A DNA stretch of 64,000 nt. Origin: Raillietiella orientalis (taxonomy: Eukaryota). The stretch lies in NCBI GenBank assembly GCA_036172245.1, contig JAYWIR010000005.1:5642001-5706000 (forward strand), read 5' to 3'. This document shows positions 50,915 to 62,099 of this stretch, piece after piece. Below the pieces are notes generated by a model that was given only the letters and a program-made list of their open reading frames with translations, did not search any database and was not told the DNA's origin. Numbering within the stretch: position 1 is the stretch's first letter; the number at the start of each line of letters is the position of its first letter. Position numbers and translations under genes: made by a program.

Positions 50915-52260
50915 TTTTCACCCGGTCATGCTGGGCGTTTAATGTAAAAGATACATCCTTTATCAATAAATCTTCCAGTCTTTCTGCACTGGTAGTACAA
51001 TGCCATTACTTTCGGATCTTCTAGAGGAATTCTCTGCCCGGGAGCAGTCGCCGGAAGAGTTCCGCGCAGGAAAATTAGGGGGAAGGGGAATATACAAAAA
51101 ATAAATAAATAATAAACAAACAAGTACTAAAATGTTTGGGAGGGGCGAGAGAAGGGATCACAGATTGTTCCCTGGTGGCATCTGCATCCCTCAAAGATGC
51201 CGGCAAGTTCCTCCTGGTTGCGTCTCAGGTGCGGCGGCTATCTCGCCGCGATCCTTAGGAACGAGAAGACGAAGGAGATGACTGCTCCTCTGTTATTCCG
51301 GCCTTTTTTGTTGGGGTTTCTAGCCGCCACAGTTCCGCGGATGCAGCACAAAACTGCGATCGTCGCGGTGGGCGACATTCCGCCACGCGTGAAGAGGCAT
51401 CTGAATGATGCCCTCGGGTGGTCTACTGGGAAGTTCAGGGACGTGGTCGAAAGTCCCTACACACACCGCAGGGCAACACACTCGAAAAGCAAGTGCGGCA
51501 AAAGGGTCTTCCCTTTCACCGCACCTGTCACACTCTGGGGTCACACTTCCTTTGATCCAGTGGTGGAAGCGTGCGTTGCATGGGATGGTCCAATGCAGAA
51601 GTTGCAGCGCCGAGTCCTACCACTTCAGGGGAAGTACGGAGCTGTCGTAGAATGCATGGTGCTTTTGCATAGACCCTTTCTTGGACGGCTTCTGAGCAAA
51701 AAAGAGAGAGCGTATGAAAAAGTCTTAAGGAGTGATGGCATTTCATGGGCAAGCACTGCGGACGAGAGAAAATCCTCTCGCAAAAAAACAAAGGGATAAA
51801 GATAACCTTTCTCAACAGAAGTACACCCTCAAAAGCAAATATTTTTTCTTCAGAGTAATCTTCTACATCTACTCTTTTAACACAACAGGGCTGCAAAATT
51901 CCCCCCATTATTTCGCAGACTGCCTATTGTTCCAGCAAGTGTAAGGCTTCCCCTATGAAAGATTGTCTGTGTGTAAGCCCAGCAAATGCTTCAGGAGGTA
52001 CCTGTAAATACGAAGACGGTTTTTTTGAAAGCCTAAAAGTTACAGGAGGACTCAACGAGCAGAACCTTACCACTGAATCAAACCTCTGAATCCAAAATGG
52101 AAGTAACACAGCTAGCATCCTCATGACAAGAAGGAAAGTTTGAGGATGAAGAAAAAAATGCTCCACCCTCAATAGGAAAGATTTGGTCATGAACTTTGGC
52201 AGTCCCTGAATCAAGAGGGCATCATGCCCAAAAGAAAGTACTTAGGCGACGTTAGAGGAG
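50915..52260 (-). mobile_element. L1/Tx1-like LINE 3' portion with CCHC zinc knuckle
   Basis: RRLSTFFWA...PIEGG and LLHWTIPCNARFHHW...CDRCGERED/LPHLLFEC (51478-51532); terminus attaaacgcccagcatgaccgggtgaaaa. Confidence 0.8.
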
Positions 52261-52369
52261 GCATGACAAAAAAAAAAAAAAACCATGTGCTCTCACTTTC
52301 GTTTTTAGCGAACCAAAGCCACAGTTCGCTCCCTTGTCATTGGGGAATCAGGATCCCCCGACTCCCGGG

Positions 52370-53153
52370 CGTGGGTCAGCTGCCGTTGCTGCGCTGCATC
52401 CGCGCAGCAGCCTCCAGTCGCCACGCCGTGCAGCGACGGCAGCACCGGACGGCGGGCGTTCGCCGAGTCCCGTTCAAGCTGGCGAGGGGACCCCTTCCCT
52501 TCCCCCTTTCCGTCCCGAAATCGAGGAGGACGCTGCCCGCATCGCGGGAAGGACGTAGGAGAGACGCGGGACGGAAACCGGCGATCCTTCCTTGCCTTTC
52601 CCTCCCCCATTTCCTGCAGACCAGCAACGTTCATCTCCCCCCATCGAGTGTACATCGACTTATCGATTTCTTTTTCCTCCTACCCCTCCTTTTGCCGCTT
52701 AACTCCCTTAACCCTTCCGTGCCGAGCGCGAGTTTTGCTTTCCGACCTGCGCGTCCACGTTCCTCGAATCGCACCTCCAGGTCACGTGATCGCATGTATA
52801 TGCGCTTTGAATGGACTTCGCGTAGAGACCAGGTTTGCAGTAACGGCGTTGCCAGACGGACCGTGGAAACGGTGGAACTTACGGAACATTCTTCCTTTGC
52901 ATCTCTTTATGGGATCCTGAATCTTTCGAACCAATCCTGATCTCCGGGAGCCGAAACTTTCTGTGGTGGACGCATGCTGGCAAGAATCCTAAAGGAGCGT
53001 TTTGAGGGGCACGGGAAACGAACCAGCGGGAACAAGGCTTTTGCAAAGTCTGTGTGGGCAGATGGAAAGGAGCAAAGGCTGCACGAGGGAGTAGCCGACT
53101 GACCCCATCGACGATGAATGCGGACGACGTCTTGGAGCCACAGGGAAGAAAAT
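52370..53153 (+). repeat. Left arm of 784-bp inverted duplication (LINE 3' end plus ~340 bp flank); partner 54684-55467
   Basis: Essentially identical reverse complement; the few mismatches I found lie in the outer ~60 bp. Confidence 0.97.
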
Positions 53154-54109
53154 TTTGTGTCCAATTCTTCATCACACCCCCGAGTTCTGCCGAAAGGCCA
53201 CGGAGACCAGAGTAGTGGTATGGTAGTGGACCAGAGCAGTAGTGGATGACAAGAATACTGAACGAGACGGCATTGAGGAAAACGGGTTCTTTTTTTTCTT
53301 TTCTTTGCGTCCTCATCAGCAGCCCAGTCAGATCTTCCAAAAGCTACATTCCACAAATCTTTTACGAGCTTATCTTATATGACCTGAAGCGTTCCCTCCC
53401 TGACGTTCTGATCTCTCGTCGCAGACAGTGCACCGCGTTGCTCTTGCTAGTGGTTTCTCTAACAGACGTTTCTTTCAAACCAGCTGAAGCAGCGGCAAGC
53501 GCGCACTTCCTTTGACGTAGCTGAGCCCGGACTGGAGTCCCAGTGCTGACTCCAGATGTGGGAAAATGAATTCACCAGGTGAAAAAACTGAGAAGGAAAT
53601 CTCTCCTTCCATCATCCCGACCTTCGCGGCTTTTTCTGCTGAATCGACTTTGAACACTTTAGAGAAGGAAGGTTCTCGCCTCGTCTCCCCCCCCCATTCG
53701 GGGTGGGGTTTGGGACGACCCGAACCGCCACGAGCAGTTGGTTCTTGGATCCTTTTTCTCCGGAGATGAAAGTTCTGCCTCAGCCCTGCATCTCGCGTAC
53801 GGCGAATTTCGCGCACCCCAGATCCGTTTTGCTCCAGATCCTCATCCACGGAGAAAGGCAACCCAGCAAACGTGAGTCCAGCTGCGTCCTTCGGAGGAGC
53901 ACACGCGGCTCGGATGCCGATGGTCACTTCTCTGGCTGAAATCCTCAGATGGATGAACTTCAGGAAGCGCTTTCTTGTGCACAGAGGTCGTCTCTTCTGG
54001 GTTCTCTTCAGGTTTAATGGCACCGTCAGCAAACAATCCTTTTCTGAGGGATGGACCATTTTGAAAGATTCGGGAATGCACAAAGACAGTAAGGGTGGAA
54101 AGAGAACCG

Positions 54110-54300
54110 TGATTTCATGGACAAGCACTCCGGAACAGAAAAAGCCTCCCGCAAAAAAACAAAGGGAAGAAGATAAGCTTTCTCAACAGAAATACACGCT
54201 TAAATGCAAATATTTTTTCTTCGGAGTAATCTTCTACATCTACTCTTTTAACACAAATTCCCCCTATTATTTCGCAAGCTGCCTACTCTTCCTTCCCTTA
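54110..54300 (-). mobile_element. Fragment of the same Tx1-like family (diverged direct repeat of ~51740-51933)
   Basis: Shared cgcaaaaaaacaaaggga...agtaatcttctacatctactcttttaacacaa. Confidence 0.8.
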
Positions 54301-54683
54301 AGATGATTTTACACCGCTGACACCACATGTTTCCTTCGACGTGTAGAACTTCCTCATTTTGACGGATGACTGGTGCGCGATGGATTCTCAAGAGTGATGG
54401 GTGTTCCTGGAGACTCTACCGAAGGCATCCTCCCTCCTGATTCCAGCCCTCTGCCTTTCGTCTTGGGTGCCAAAGATTCCCTCACTGTGCCGAACAACTG
54501 CGTGCTTTGGATTCCGGAGTTCCTCAACACCAGAGGTGTGCCTTCTTTGGTGTTTTATGTGTATGGGTCTATGCCAAGTCCTTGAGGGGGTCCCCTGCTT
54601 AATGTTGGGCATTATACTGATGAGGTGGCTCGCATGAATTCTGGGAACCTTCAGCTCTTTCAGAACACTGTTGGGGGGCACAG

Positions 54684-55467
54684 ATTTTCTTCCCTGTGGC
54701 TCCAAGACGTCGTCCGCATTCATCGTCGATGGGGTCAGTCGGCTACTCCCTCGTGCAGCCTTTGCTCCTTTCCATCTGCCCACACAGACTTTGCAAAAGC
54801 CTTGTTCCCGCTGGTTCGTTTCCCGTGCCCCTCAAAACGCTCCTTTAGGATTCTTGCCAGCATGCGTCCACCACAGAAAGTTTCGGCTCCCGGAGATCAG
54901 GATTGGTTCGAAAGATTCAGGATCCCATAAAGAGATGCAAAGGAAGAATGTTCCGTAAGTTCCACCGTTTCCACGGTCCGTCTGGCAACGCCGTTACTGC
55001 AAACCTGGTCTCTACGCGAAGTCCATTCAAAGCGCATATACATGCGATCACGTGACCTGGAGGTGCGATTCGAGGAACGTGGACGCGCAGGTCGGAAAGC
55101 AAAACTCGCGCTCGGCACGGAAGGGTTAAGGGAGTTAAGCGGCAAAAGGAGGGGTAGGAGGAAAAAGAAATCGATAAGTCGATGTACACTCGATGGGGGG
55201 AGATGAACGTTGCTGGTCTGCAGGAAATGGGGGAGGGAAAGGCAAGGAAGGATCGCCGGTTTCCGTCCCGCGTCTCTCCTACGTCCTTCCCGCGATGCGG
55301 GCAGCGTCCTCCTCGATTTCGGGACGGAAAGGGGGAAGGGAAGGGGTCCCCTCGCCAGCTTGAACGGGACTCGGCGAACGCCCGCCGTCCGGTGCTGCCG
55401 TCGCTGCACGGCATGGCGACTGGAGGCTGCTGCGCGGATGCAGCGCAGCACCGCCAGCTGACCCACG
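54684..55467 (-). repeat. Right arm of 784-bp inverted duplication; partner 52370-53153
   Basis: Reverse complement of 52370-53153; 1530-bp spacer. Confidence 0.97.
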
Positions 55468-56120
55468 GCCGAGAGTCCATGCGGAGTAGAAGAAACGCTG
55501 CAGAAGGCTGCCCGGGGGAGTGTCCCGGATGCGGCAAAGTCTCCGCCACGCGTTGCCATTCGCCGGGGAGGAACTCTCAGTTTAGAAGAAGGCGCGTGTG
55601 CGATCGCCCCCCCCACCTGGCGCGGTTCGGGGACGCGCCGCCTCTCGTTCGGTGCCTCTGTCCCCGTCGACGCTGGCTGCACGGGAAACCCCAGTTCAGG
55701 AAGAGTGTCGCCACCGTCTGTTGTCACTGGACGGAAGACACTGAACCGTCCGGGAGGAAGGTGGTAATCGCTAATTCCGTCCACCAGAGGAGTCCTTGGG
55801 TGCGAACTCTTAGTGACGGGACGTCCAAAACTTTTCGCAGCATTCAGTCGCTTCTCGGTTTCTTGACTCCTGCTATGCAGCAAGAAATCTCCCACCTAGA
55901 CGGTTGGCTATTGTGATCACGTTCCCATGGAGAGGGCAGCGTTGTGGCTAAGGAGGTCGCGGAGGAGAGTTCTCACTCCTTGGAATACCGTCCGCACTTG
56001 CTGCAGGGATACTATTCCAAGACATTGGACAGGACAAAGCACTTGCAGGGTTATCTGAAGCACTCGCGCACCTATGCGTTCTCAGCGTCCTGCCGCCAAG
56101 CGTTGTTATTTTTCGACGAA
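55020..56120 (-). mobile_element. L1/Tx1-like LINE 3' portion (longer copy containing the right inverted arm)
   Basis: Nucleotide homology to 26440-27113 and the AVLRCIRAA motif; the poly(A) signal is eroded (gaatgga instead of gaataaa). Confidence 0.75.
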
Positions 56121-56129
56121 CAATAATTT

Positions 56130-56650
56130 CGTAGCTGTTTCGTGCAGATCGGTGAGAAAGGTACAGGGTGGTTACGGATGTGGAAGCAGATGAAAAGAAT
56201 AAAAAAGCACAGCCAATTCCAAAGTGCACCTGCTTCTCGCATTTACAAGTATGCGACCCTCCCACTTTGTAATCTGGACTAAATTGCCAATTTCCAGAAG
56301 ATAGAGTGAATGATGAAAGAGAGCCATAGATTAGCAGTCCATGATGTTCTTCCACGTGATTTCAGAAACATGAAAGCACGTCTCTTGCATTCTCCTTGTT
56401 CATATACAAGAGCTTTGCATTATCTTAGATGCTTGTTGTCCATTTGAGAACACGGCTACAGAATCCCAGTTGGCTGTGGAAGAGAACCAGAAAAATATTC
56501 AGGCATAGCCACAAAAATGCGGAGTCGGGATCGCAAGAGGTGGAAAGGTCTCTGGTAGTGGGGTCTTCAGAATGATGAGTCGTTACGAGAACTTGAAGTT
56601 TCCCAGCTATATGCGGAAGAAATGAGGCGATACTGTTGGTAGCCTCTGAC
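56130..56650 (-). pseudogene. Possible LRR-protein remnant
   Basis: NSIASFLPHIAGKLQVL and FSSASTSVTTLYLSH have LRR-like spacing. Confidence 0.25.
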
Positions 56651-57050
56651 ATCCGCTCTCAGGTCAAACAACGACAGTAGCCCACCGGCAGGGTGGGAGT
56701 TCTCCTGCAACATTGCAGGAGTCGGAAAACTCCTGAATGGCTGCAAGACGAACGAGTTGGTGAACGCCGCCCCTCCTCGTTTCCGGGCGAAGGGACTCTT
56801 TCGGTGAAGCGAGCTTCTTGGTGTGCTCCCCGAAGAACTTGTGGTCCCTTCTCTATGCGTGGACACCTCCGTATTCCCGCTACTCTGGAAATAGGATGTT
56901 GTGCTCTTCCTGCACTGGGGATTCCAATCAGCGCAGACACCTGGTTTCAGGGGAGTTGCGGGGCGCTTTGATTTCACACTCGGGTGCGCCGGAGCGTTTA
57001 TTCTCTCACAGGAATCGATGGAGCCGATGGTCCACCAATTCCCACTGTTA
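56650..57050 (+). mobile_element. Tx1-like 3' fragment
   Basis: PLLWK*DVVLFLHWGF (~56875-56925) matches the family FLHWGF motif. Confidence 0.55.
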
Positions 57051-57089
57051 CACTAGAAATAAGGAGGGTCGCCGGAGAGGTCCATCACG

Positions 57090-57700
57090 TCCACGACGGG
57101 GAAGGGGGATGAAACAAAAATATAAAATGAAAACAAACTATAACAAGCAACCAAAAAAAAAAAACAATAAAAAAAACAAAAATTAGTTGGGGGAAGGGAA
57201 GGGATCATATTTCGTGGTGGATGAGGCCTCCACATCCGTTGAAGGATGCTGGCGAGCTCTTTCTTCTTTCCTTCCAGGTAAGGTCACCTCGAAGCTATGA
57301 GCAGGAAGCGGATACAAACACGCACGACAGCACAGCGCTGCAACCGCTGCTGCGGGCATCATGGGGACCCTTATGAAGAGGGGCCTCAAAGAGTCTCTCG
57401 GATCGTTCACGGGATGAGAAAGAGGCGCGGATAAATGTTCCCAGAATACCCGGAGGGCGATGCACTATACTAAGAGGTGGGGGAAGGTCTCCTTCTCCCC
57501 ACACCTGGCACAGTTCGGCGATGCGTTTCCTCTCGTCCAGTGATGCCGGCGCGGATTGCACCAGAGACCCTAGTGTAGTACCAGCAGCGCCGATTGCTGC
57601 CAATTGAGAGGAAGCAGCTTACTGTCCCTAAACACAGTCCTTAGGGATGAATAGAGAAGAGTTCACCCCAAAGTTCCAGTGCTTTAAAGACGGTTCTTGC
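57090..57700 (-). mobile_element. Tx1-like 3' fragment
   Basis: Eroded knuckle (ELCQVWGEGD) and CSAVLSCV; the T-rich 3' UTR layout parallels 51075-51230. Confidence 0.55.
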
Positions 57701-57779
57701 TGTTGCCGCGTCAGCTAGCTTACGCGTAGTCCAGCGACCGATAGGCTTCCTGCGGACCGAGATTTCGCAGTAAACTTCC

Positions 57780-58390
57780 CACTTCGCCTGTAGGCAGGTG
57801 CAATAGTGGCGAAGGGGGTGGCTGCTGGGTAGGCCAACATGGTCAGCTCACTACCCGCCGCCTCCAGTGTTCTTCCTCTGTTCTTCTGAAACTCGGCAGC
57901 GGGTAACTTCCGACGGGGCCTGGGTTAGCTGGGCCCACGTCCTTACTTTCTCCTGCTGCCAGACCGGAGTAAAGGGCTCTGTGATGGCAACAATCTGTTG
58001 CATCCGCATCATTGTGACAGCCCTCCAAGTGCTAGAAGCAAGTTTGCGGCGAAAAGACGCCACCAGCATGGCAGCAACCCTTATGAGGGCAGCTGCGAGG
58101 GGGTCTCACCTGCTACAAGAAGTAGCCAGAGAAATCACCATCATCCAGCGTCACTTCTAGAAGGAGTGGAACGTTCCGTACCAAAGATCCCTGTTTCCAT
58201 CCTCCCATTTTTTATTTTTTATTTTGTGTCCCCTCCCTCCGTTCCCTTCTTTTTGGAAGCCAGCCTGCGTGCCGGTGGTCATCCCGGACGAACTTTTTTG
58301 TTTTTTGGATTTTCTTGTTTCTTGAGGGGATACATATCCCTTCAAACTTGTTTATTTCAATAAACGTCCTGGCATTACCAGATTAAAACC
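57780..58390 (+). mobile_element. Tx1-like 3' end
   Basis: ATICCIRIIV motif; terminus AATAAA (58359-58364), then ctgg-catta-ccag hairpin, then aaaa. Confidence 0.65.
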
Positions 58391-58449
58391 CCTGACATCC
58401 GCAACTACAGATATACATGGAACTCACTGATGCTCTCTGGAAGAGGACC

Positions 58450-59120
58450 CGGGTTGGCTCCCTGAGCTTCCAGAAGCCAAACGTTCAGCTGCTACAGGAT
58501 GCCCATGAGGTGTTGGGGATGAAGAAATCCTCCCGCAGGCTAGACCGGATTAAGCTACTCCTGCTTCTATGAGAGAACGAGAATGATGATTGTGGAGCGA
58601 TATGGGACTCGAAGGAATCAGCAGAAACAAGTTGAGGAATGTGCATCTTCACAACACAACCATTGTGTCCATTGAACTGTCAACTATTGTGTCCTTTCTG
58701 AAGACAGATAGGTACGGTTCCAAGTGGAATTCATGGACATCGGAGTAGAAGTAAGTAGAAGTTCCTAAAAGCTCATAGCTAATTCAGTTCCATGATCATT
58801 CCGTAGTAGCTACTGGAACAAAAGGAAGAAAAGGCAGAGAAAATGAGTGGATGGGACTTGAGAATTTCAGGAAGGACACTTTTTTGATCATCCATTTCTT
58901 ACGTAACTAAAATGCGGTTCTCCTAATGAGACCTTGGGCAGATTTCAAACCATTCTTCAACAAAGCTGCATTCGGTTCTTTAGCTTCTTGGTGCTTCCCA
59001 ACAGCCAGCTCAAAGAAATCAACAGAGATACAATTTTAGAAATAGGGCAGCTACACTTTGATCCAAGTAACAGCAAGAATAATACTAATAATAAGAATTG
59101 GAACTGCTCTCTTCCCTCTA
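58450..59120 (+). pseudogene. Leucine-rich-repeat protein pseudogene
   Basis: LRNVHLHNTTIVSIELSTIVSFLKTDR and FSFLVLPNSQLKEINRDTILEI fit LxxLxLxxNxI repeats; many stops. Confidence 0.45.
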
Positions 59121-59402
59121 TTCCACATGGAAACTCTTCCACGTAGCCGTTTTCACACCCAATAAGAAGAGCAATCTGTACGTGCCTCATTGTACTTGTC
59201 TTTAGAAGACTGCTTGATCTGGACAGAGGAATACATAGCAACAGAGAATACCTCGTGAACTGTGGTTTCCCTTGACTTTGTAACTTGTGATTTCTCCTCC
59301 GTCTCTACCAAGCAATGAAAACATTTTGCAAATGTCTCCAGCTGTCAGCTATTGCCCACTGAACATCCGAAAAATCCAACGACTCCCCCCCACCCAAACA
59401 AG

Positions 59403-60320
59403 GCCCGCGTAGGAGGCCTTGTGGCACCGTGCGTCGCGGGTTCGAATACTTCTGCAGAAACTCTGACCCCACTGCGTCGTCGAGTTCCGAGTTTCTCCTG
59501 CAAGATGGAGCTGGTTGGCCGAGACATTCGGGCGTGGCACCGGCGGTGGATTAAGCCGGAGGCCCCCGATGAAGGCCGGAACAATGGGAGTCGACCTTCG
59601 GGTCCTCCCAGGAATCAAGGAGTGGGGAGTTCTCCCTCCTGTCGTGCAACGGAGAGCGGACTCCCCTCACCAGGGGTCCCTCCAAGTTGTCGCCTCTTCA
59701 CAGAGTGTGCACAAGGAAGCAAGCGAGAGTGATTCCCCTGTGGGAAGCTGCAGCGCCCCTTCTGAGTTTCGGAAGCGTCCCTTCGGGTTCTCTTCAGAGG
59801 AGTGAATAAAGGAGCGGTTCCCTTGCGGGTTCCCTCCGGAGAAGAAATTCCTAGAAGCGGATCCTTTCCGGGTTCCCTTCGGAGAAGTTGAAATGAAGTT
59901 GAAATGGAGAGGACAGCCCCTCCCCATTGGGGTGGGGGGTGTCCCTCCGGAGAGAATGAGGAAGGAGATTCCCTTCGGGGTTCCCCTTCGGAGACAACCA
60001 GGGTGGAAGGTTCGATCCCTCCCGTCCGGGGGGGATCCCTCCTCATGCGTGAGAGGAACGGACTCCGAGCCCTTCCTGGATTCATAGGGCGGACCCACCC
60101 CCATACCGGGGTGCCCCCTATCCTGAAGAATTACACGCCCCCCTGCGGGTTGCCGCGGGCGGAGGGGCGTGGAAACAAAACAGTGTGTTAATGTTTAAAA
60201 AGAGCCACGTGCGCCGCGAGGCACGCGACCGGCTCTGAGGTACTTAGCGAACCAAAAACAAAGAAAACCCTTAAAAACAAAAAGCTGAAAGAAAAACAGC
60301 ATACAGAAGAAAAAAGAAGA
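59403..60320 (+). mobile_element. Near full-length tRNA-derived SINE-like element with hairpin array and A-rich tail
   Basis: B-box ggttcgaatac present; A-box damaged by a 19-bp deletion relative to the 45-kb copy; tandem hairpins at 59585-59995; terminal stem agagcc/ggctct; A-rich tail after 60253. Confidence 0.85.
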
Positions 60321-60439
60321 ACCTAAGGATTTCCACCCAAACATTAGAAAAATAGAAACACGCAGCAGATATCTTCAAGAAAAGGTGAGGTTTTCTTGCA
60401 TTCCTTAGGGATGCGAACCGTCATACTTGTAAAACAGAT

Positions 60440-61018
60440 ATCGCATCCTCCCATTCGGACGAGGCGGAGGAGTGATAGCAGTTCACGGGGATGCCCTCCT
60501 TCTACCAGGCGTCCTGCGCGCCCGGGGCTGAGGACCACCGAGGACGAGGGCGGGAGGACGCCCCGGTGGACCGAGTGCGTCCAGTTGCACGAGCCGCGAG
60601 TGGTCCCGACCCCACCCCGGACACTCTGGACCGGCTCTTCAACGGTCTGAGCGTGGCGCTCCTGAGTTTCGTGGAGGACGCCAAGCTGCTGCTGCTGCAG
60701 AGGCTGTTTGCCAGGGCGTCGTTCGCGCTGGAGGTCACCAAGGCGGTGGACGACGACAGGCCGGTGAACGGCCCCGAGCTGCGGAAGATCAGCAGCTGCG
60801 TCCTGGAGCTCACGACGTACACGAGCGCCCTGGAGGCCTGCAGGTTCCCGGAGAGGTTCGTGGTCGACGAGGAGGCGGAGAGCCTGGTGGCCATGATGCC
60901 CATGGTGGCGGGCACGGAGACGGAGTCGGAGGACGAGGCAGGCTGAGACGAGTACCCGGAAATCATCCGCCGGGATCCGTGCAAGAAGAGCCGACTCAAG
61001 AGGGGGTCATCCCGGTGA
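60440..61018 (+). pseudogene. GC3-rich intronless ORF of unknown product (core ORF 60491-60946)
   Basis: Very strong G/C third-position bias. The same biased frame continues past TGA 60944-60946 (DEYPEIIRRDPCKKSRLK) and upstream of tandem stops at 60473-60478. Confidence 0.6.
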
Positions 61019-61084
61019 AGCACCCGGTTTCCGTGGCCGAGATGGGAAGGAAGGCACGTCGAACTGCGAAGATATCATCAGACA

Positions 61085-61520
61085 TAGGCATACATTCTAT
61101 CCATCTCTCGAGTCTGTTTCGACGAAAAATGTGTAAGTAGAGATTCTATGGCCAGATGAGGAAGAGAACTACTGGAAGGCAAAAATCTCAAGTGCGTCTT
61201 GGCCGCCTCTGTGATCACTCGAGACAGACCTCTTGACACGATACCTGCGGGAAAATGTGCAAGGCGCAGCCGTATTCTCGAAGATAAAAGGCGTTTTTCA
61301 AGTATGGCAAAGGAGCGTTGCTTTCGTACGGAGTGCATTTTTGTTTGCCTTGCTTCCCCGGAGAGGTCCTCCTTTGTTTCTTGGTATGAGACAGCAAGAA
61401 ATCCTTTGGTCAGAGTTCTACAAAGGAAATTTCAGAGCTGGAAATTCGATGTAACAAATGAAAGTTTTTATCTGTTCATCAATCATTTGCAGAGAAGTTT
61501 TGACCACTGCGCTCTGTGAA
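61085..61520 (+). mobile_element. Polinton/Maverick protein-primed DNA polymerase B fragment
   Basis: LEGKNLKCV...RDRPLDTIP, KIKGVF (61281-61298) and SPERSSFVSWYE...KFDVTNESFY match pPolB G.Ki..DSl.f.P / KG.FP / r..F..WY...FDf..E..Y. Confidence 0.6.
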
Positions 61521-61569
61521 GTGCACAGCTCATAGCCGAATCATAATTAATGAATTTTTTGATGGCTTT

Positions 61570-61950
61570 TTACATTCATTCTCCCGCGAAAATGACATGA
61601 TGCATGCCGCAGGTCGTGGATCCACCATTACTGTTTGTCACTTGCGGTTCTTGCACACAATCCGCTCAAGTTACCGAATATTAACGAGCATCTTGATCAC
61701 TGCTTCTGTAATTACATCGAAGGCGAAATCATTATCTCAATTTCCTTTTGCCACATGCGTGAAAGATGGTCTTCCCGTTGAACGCTGCCAATCCGAACCG
61801 CCTCGACGGATCAGTAAAAAATCATTTGAATAAGGCTGAGATTTTCGACATCATTGCGACCATTCATCTTCACAGAATTTTTCAGAGGTTCTCGTCCTTT
61901 AAAGACGCATGCACTTTGCATCCTTTCAAGAATCTGGAAGTTACCAAATA
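61570..61950 (-). mobile_element. Adenain-like cysteine protease remnant (Polinton PRO)
   Basis: TDPSR (GSDW in the adjacent frame), IFHACG (two base changes from FDSxG), IVCKNRK*Q and STTCGMH (61600-61620). Confidence 0.55.
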
Positions 61951-62099
61951 ATACGTGCATATTATGAAATGACGGCAGCAGCAGACCGTGCATATTATGA
62001 AATGTGAGCCAAAAAAAAAAATTTTAAGGAAAACACTTTCAAACAGAAAACGCACCAGAAAAGGATGATTAATCTTCAATTGTGTGCTTTCCAATAACA

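Noticed and set aside
52370..55467. DNA transposon with long TIRs
   Set aside because: The arms consist of LINE sequence plus flank, I found no TSD, and the spacer shows no transposase motif.
54897..55895. 332-aa ORF (and related ORFs 52224..52940 and 26250..27088) as functional genes
   Set aside because: These are GC-rich LINE 3' remnants whose conserved motifs switch frames and whose ORFs run into UTR and flank.
59771..59995. CRISPR-like repeat-spacer appearance of the hairpin array
   Set aside because: Units are degenerate, spacers are short and shared between dispersed copies, no cas genes are present, and the context is eukaryotic.
60081..60177. Hammerhead-like CTGAAGA...stem...GAAAC in the SINE
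   Set aside because: There are extra nucleotides before stem II, no properly paired stem III or NUH site, and the core is not conserved in the 41-kb copy.
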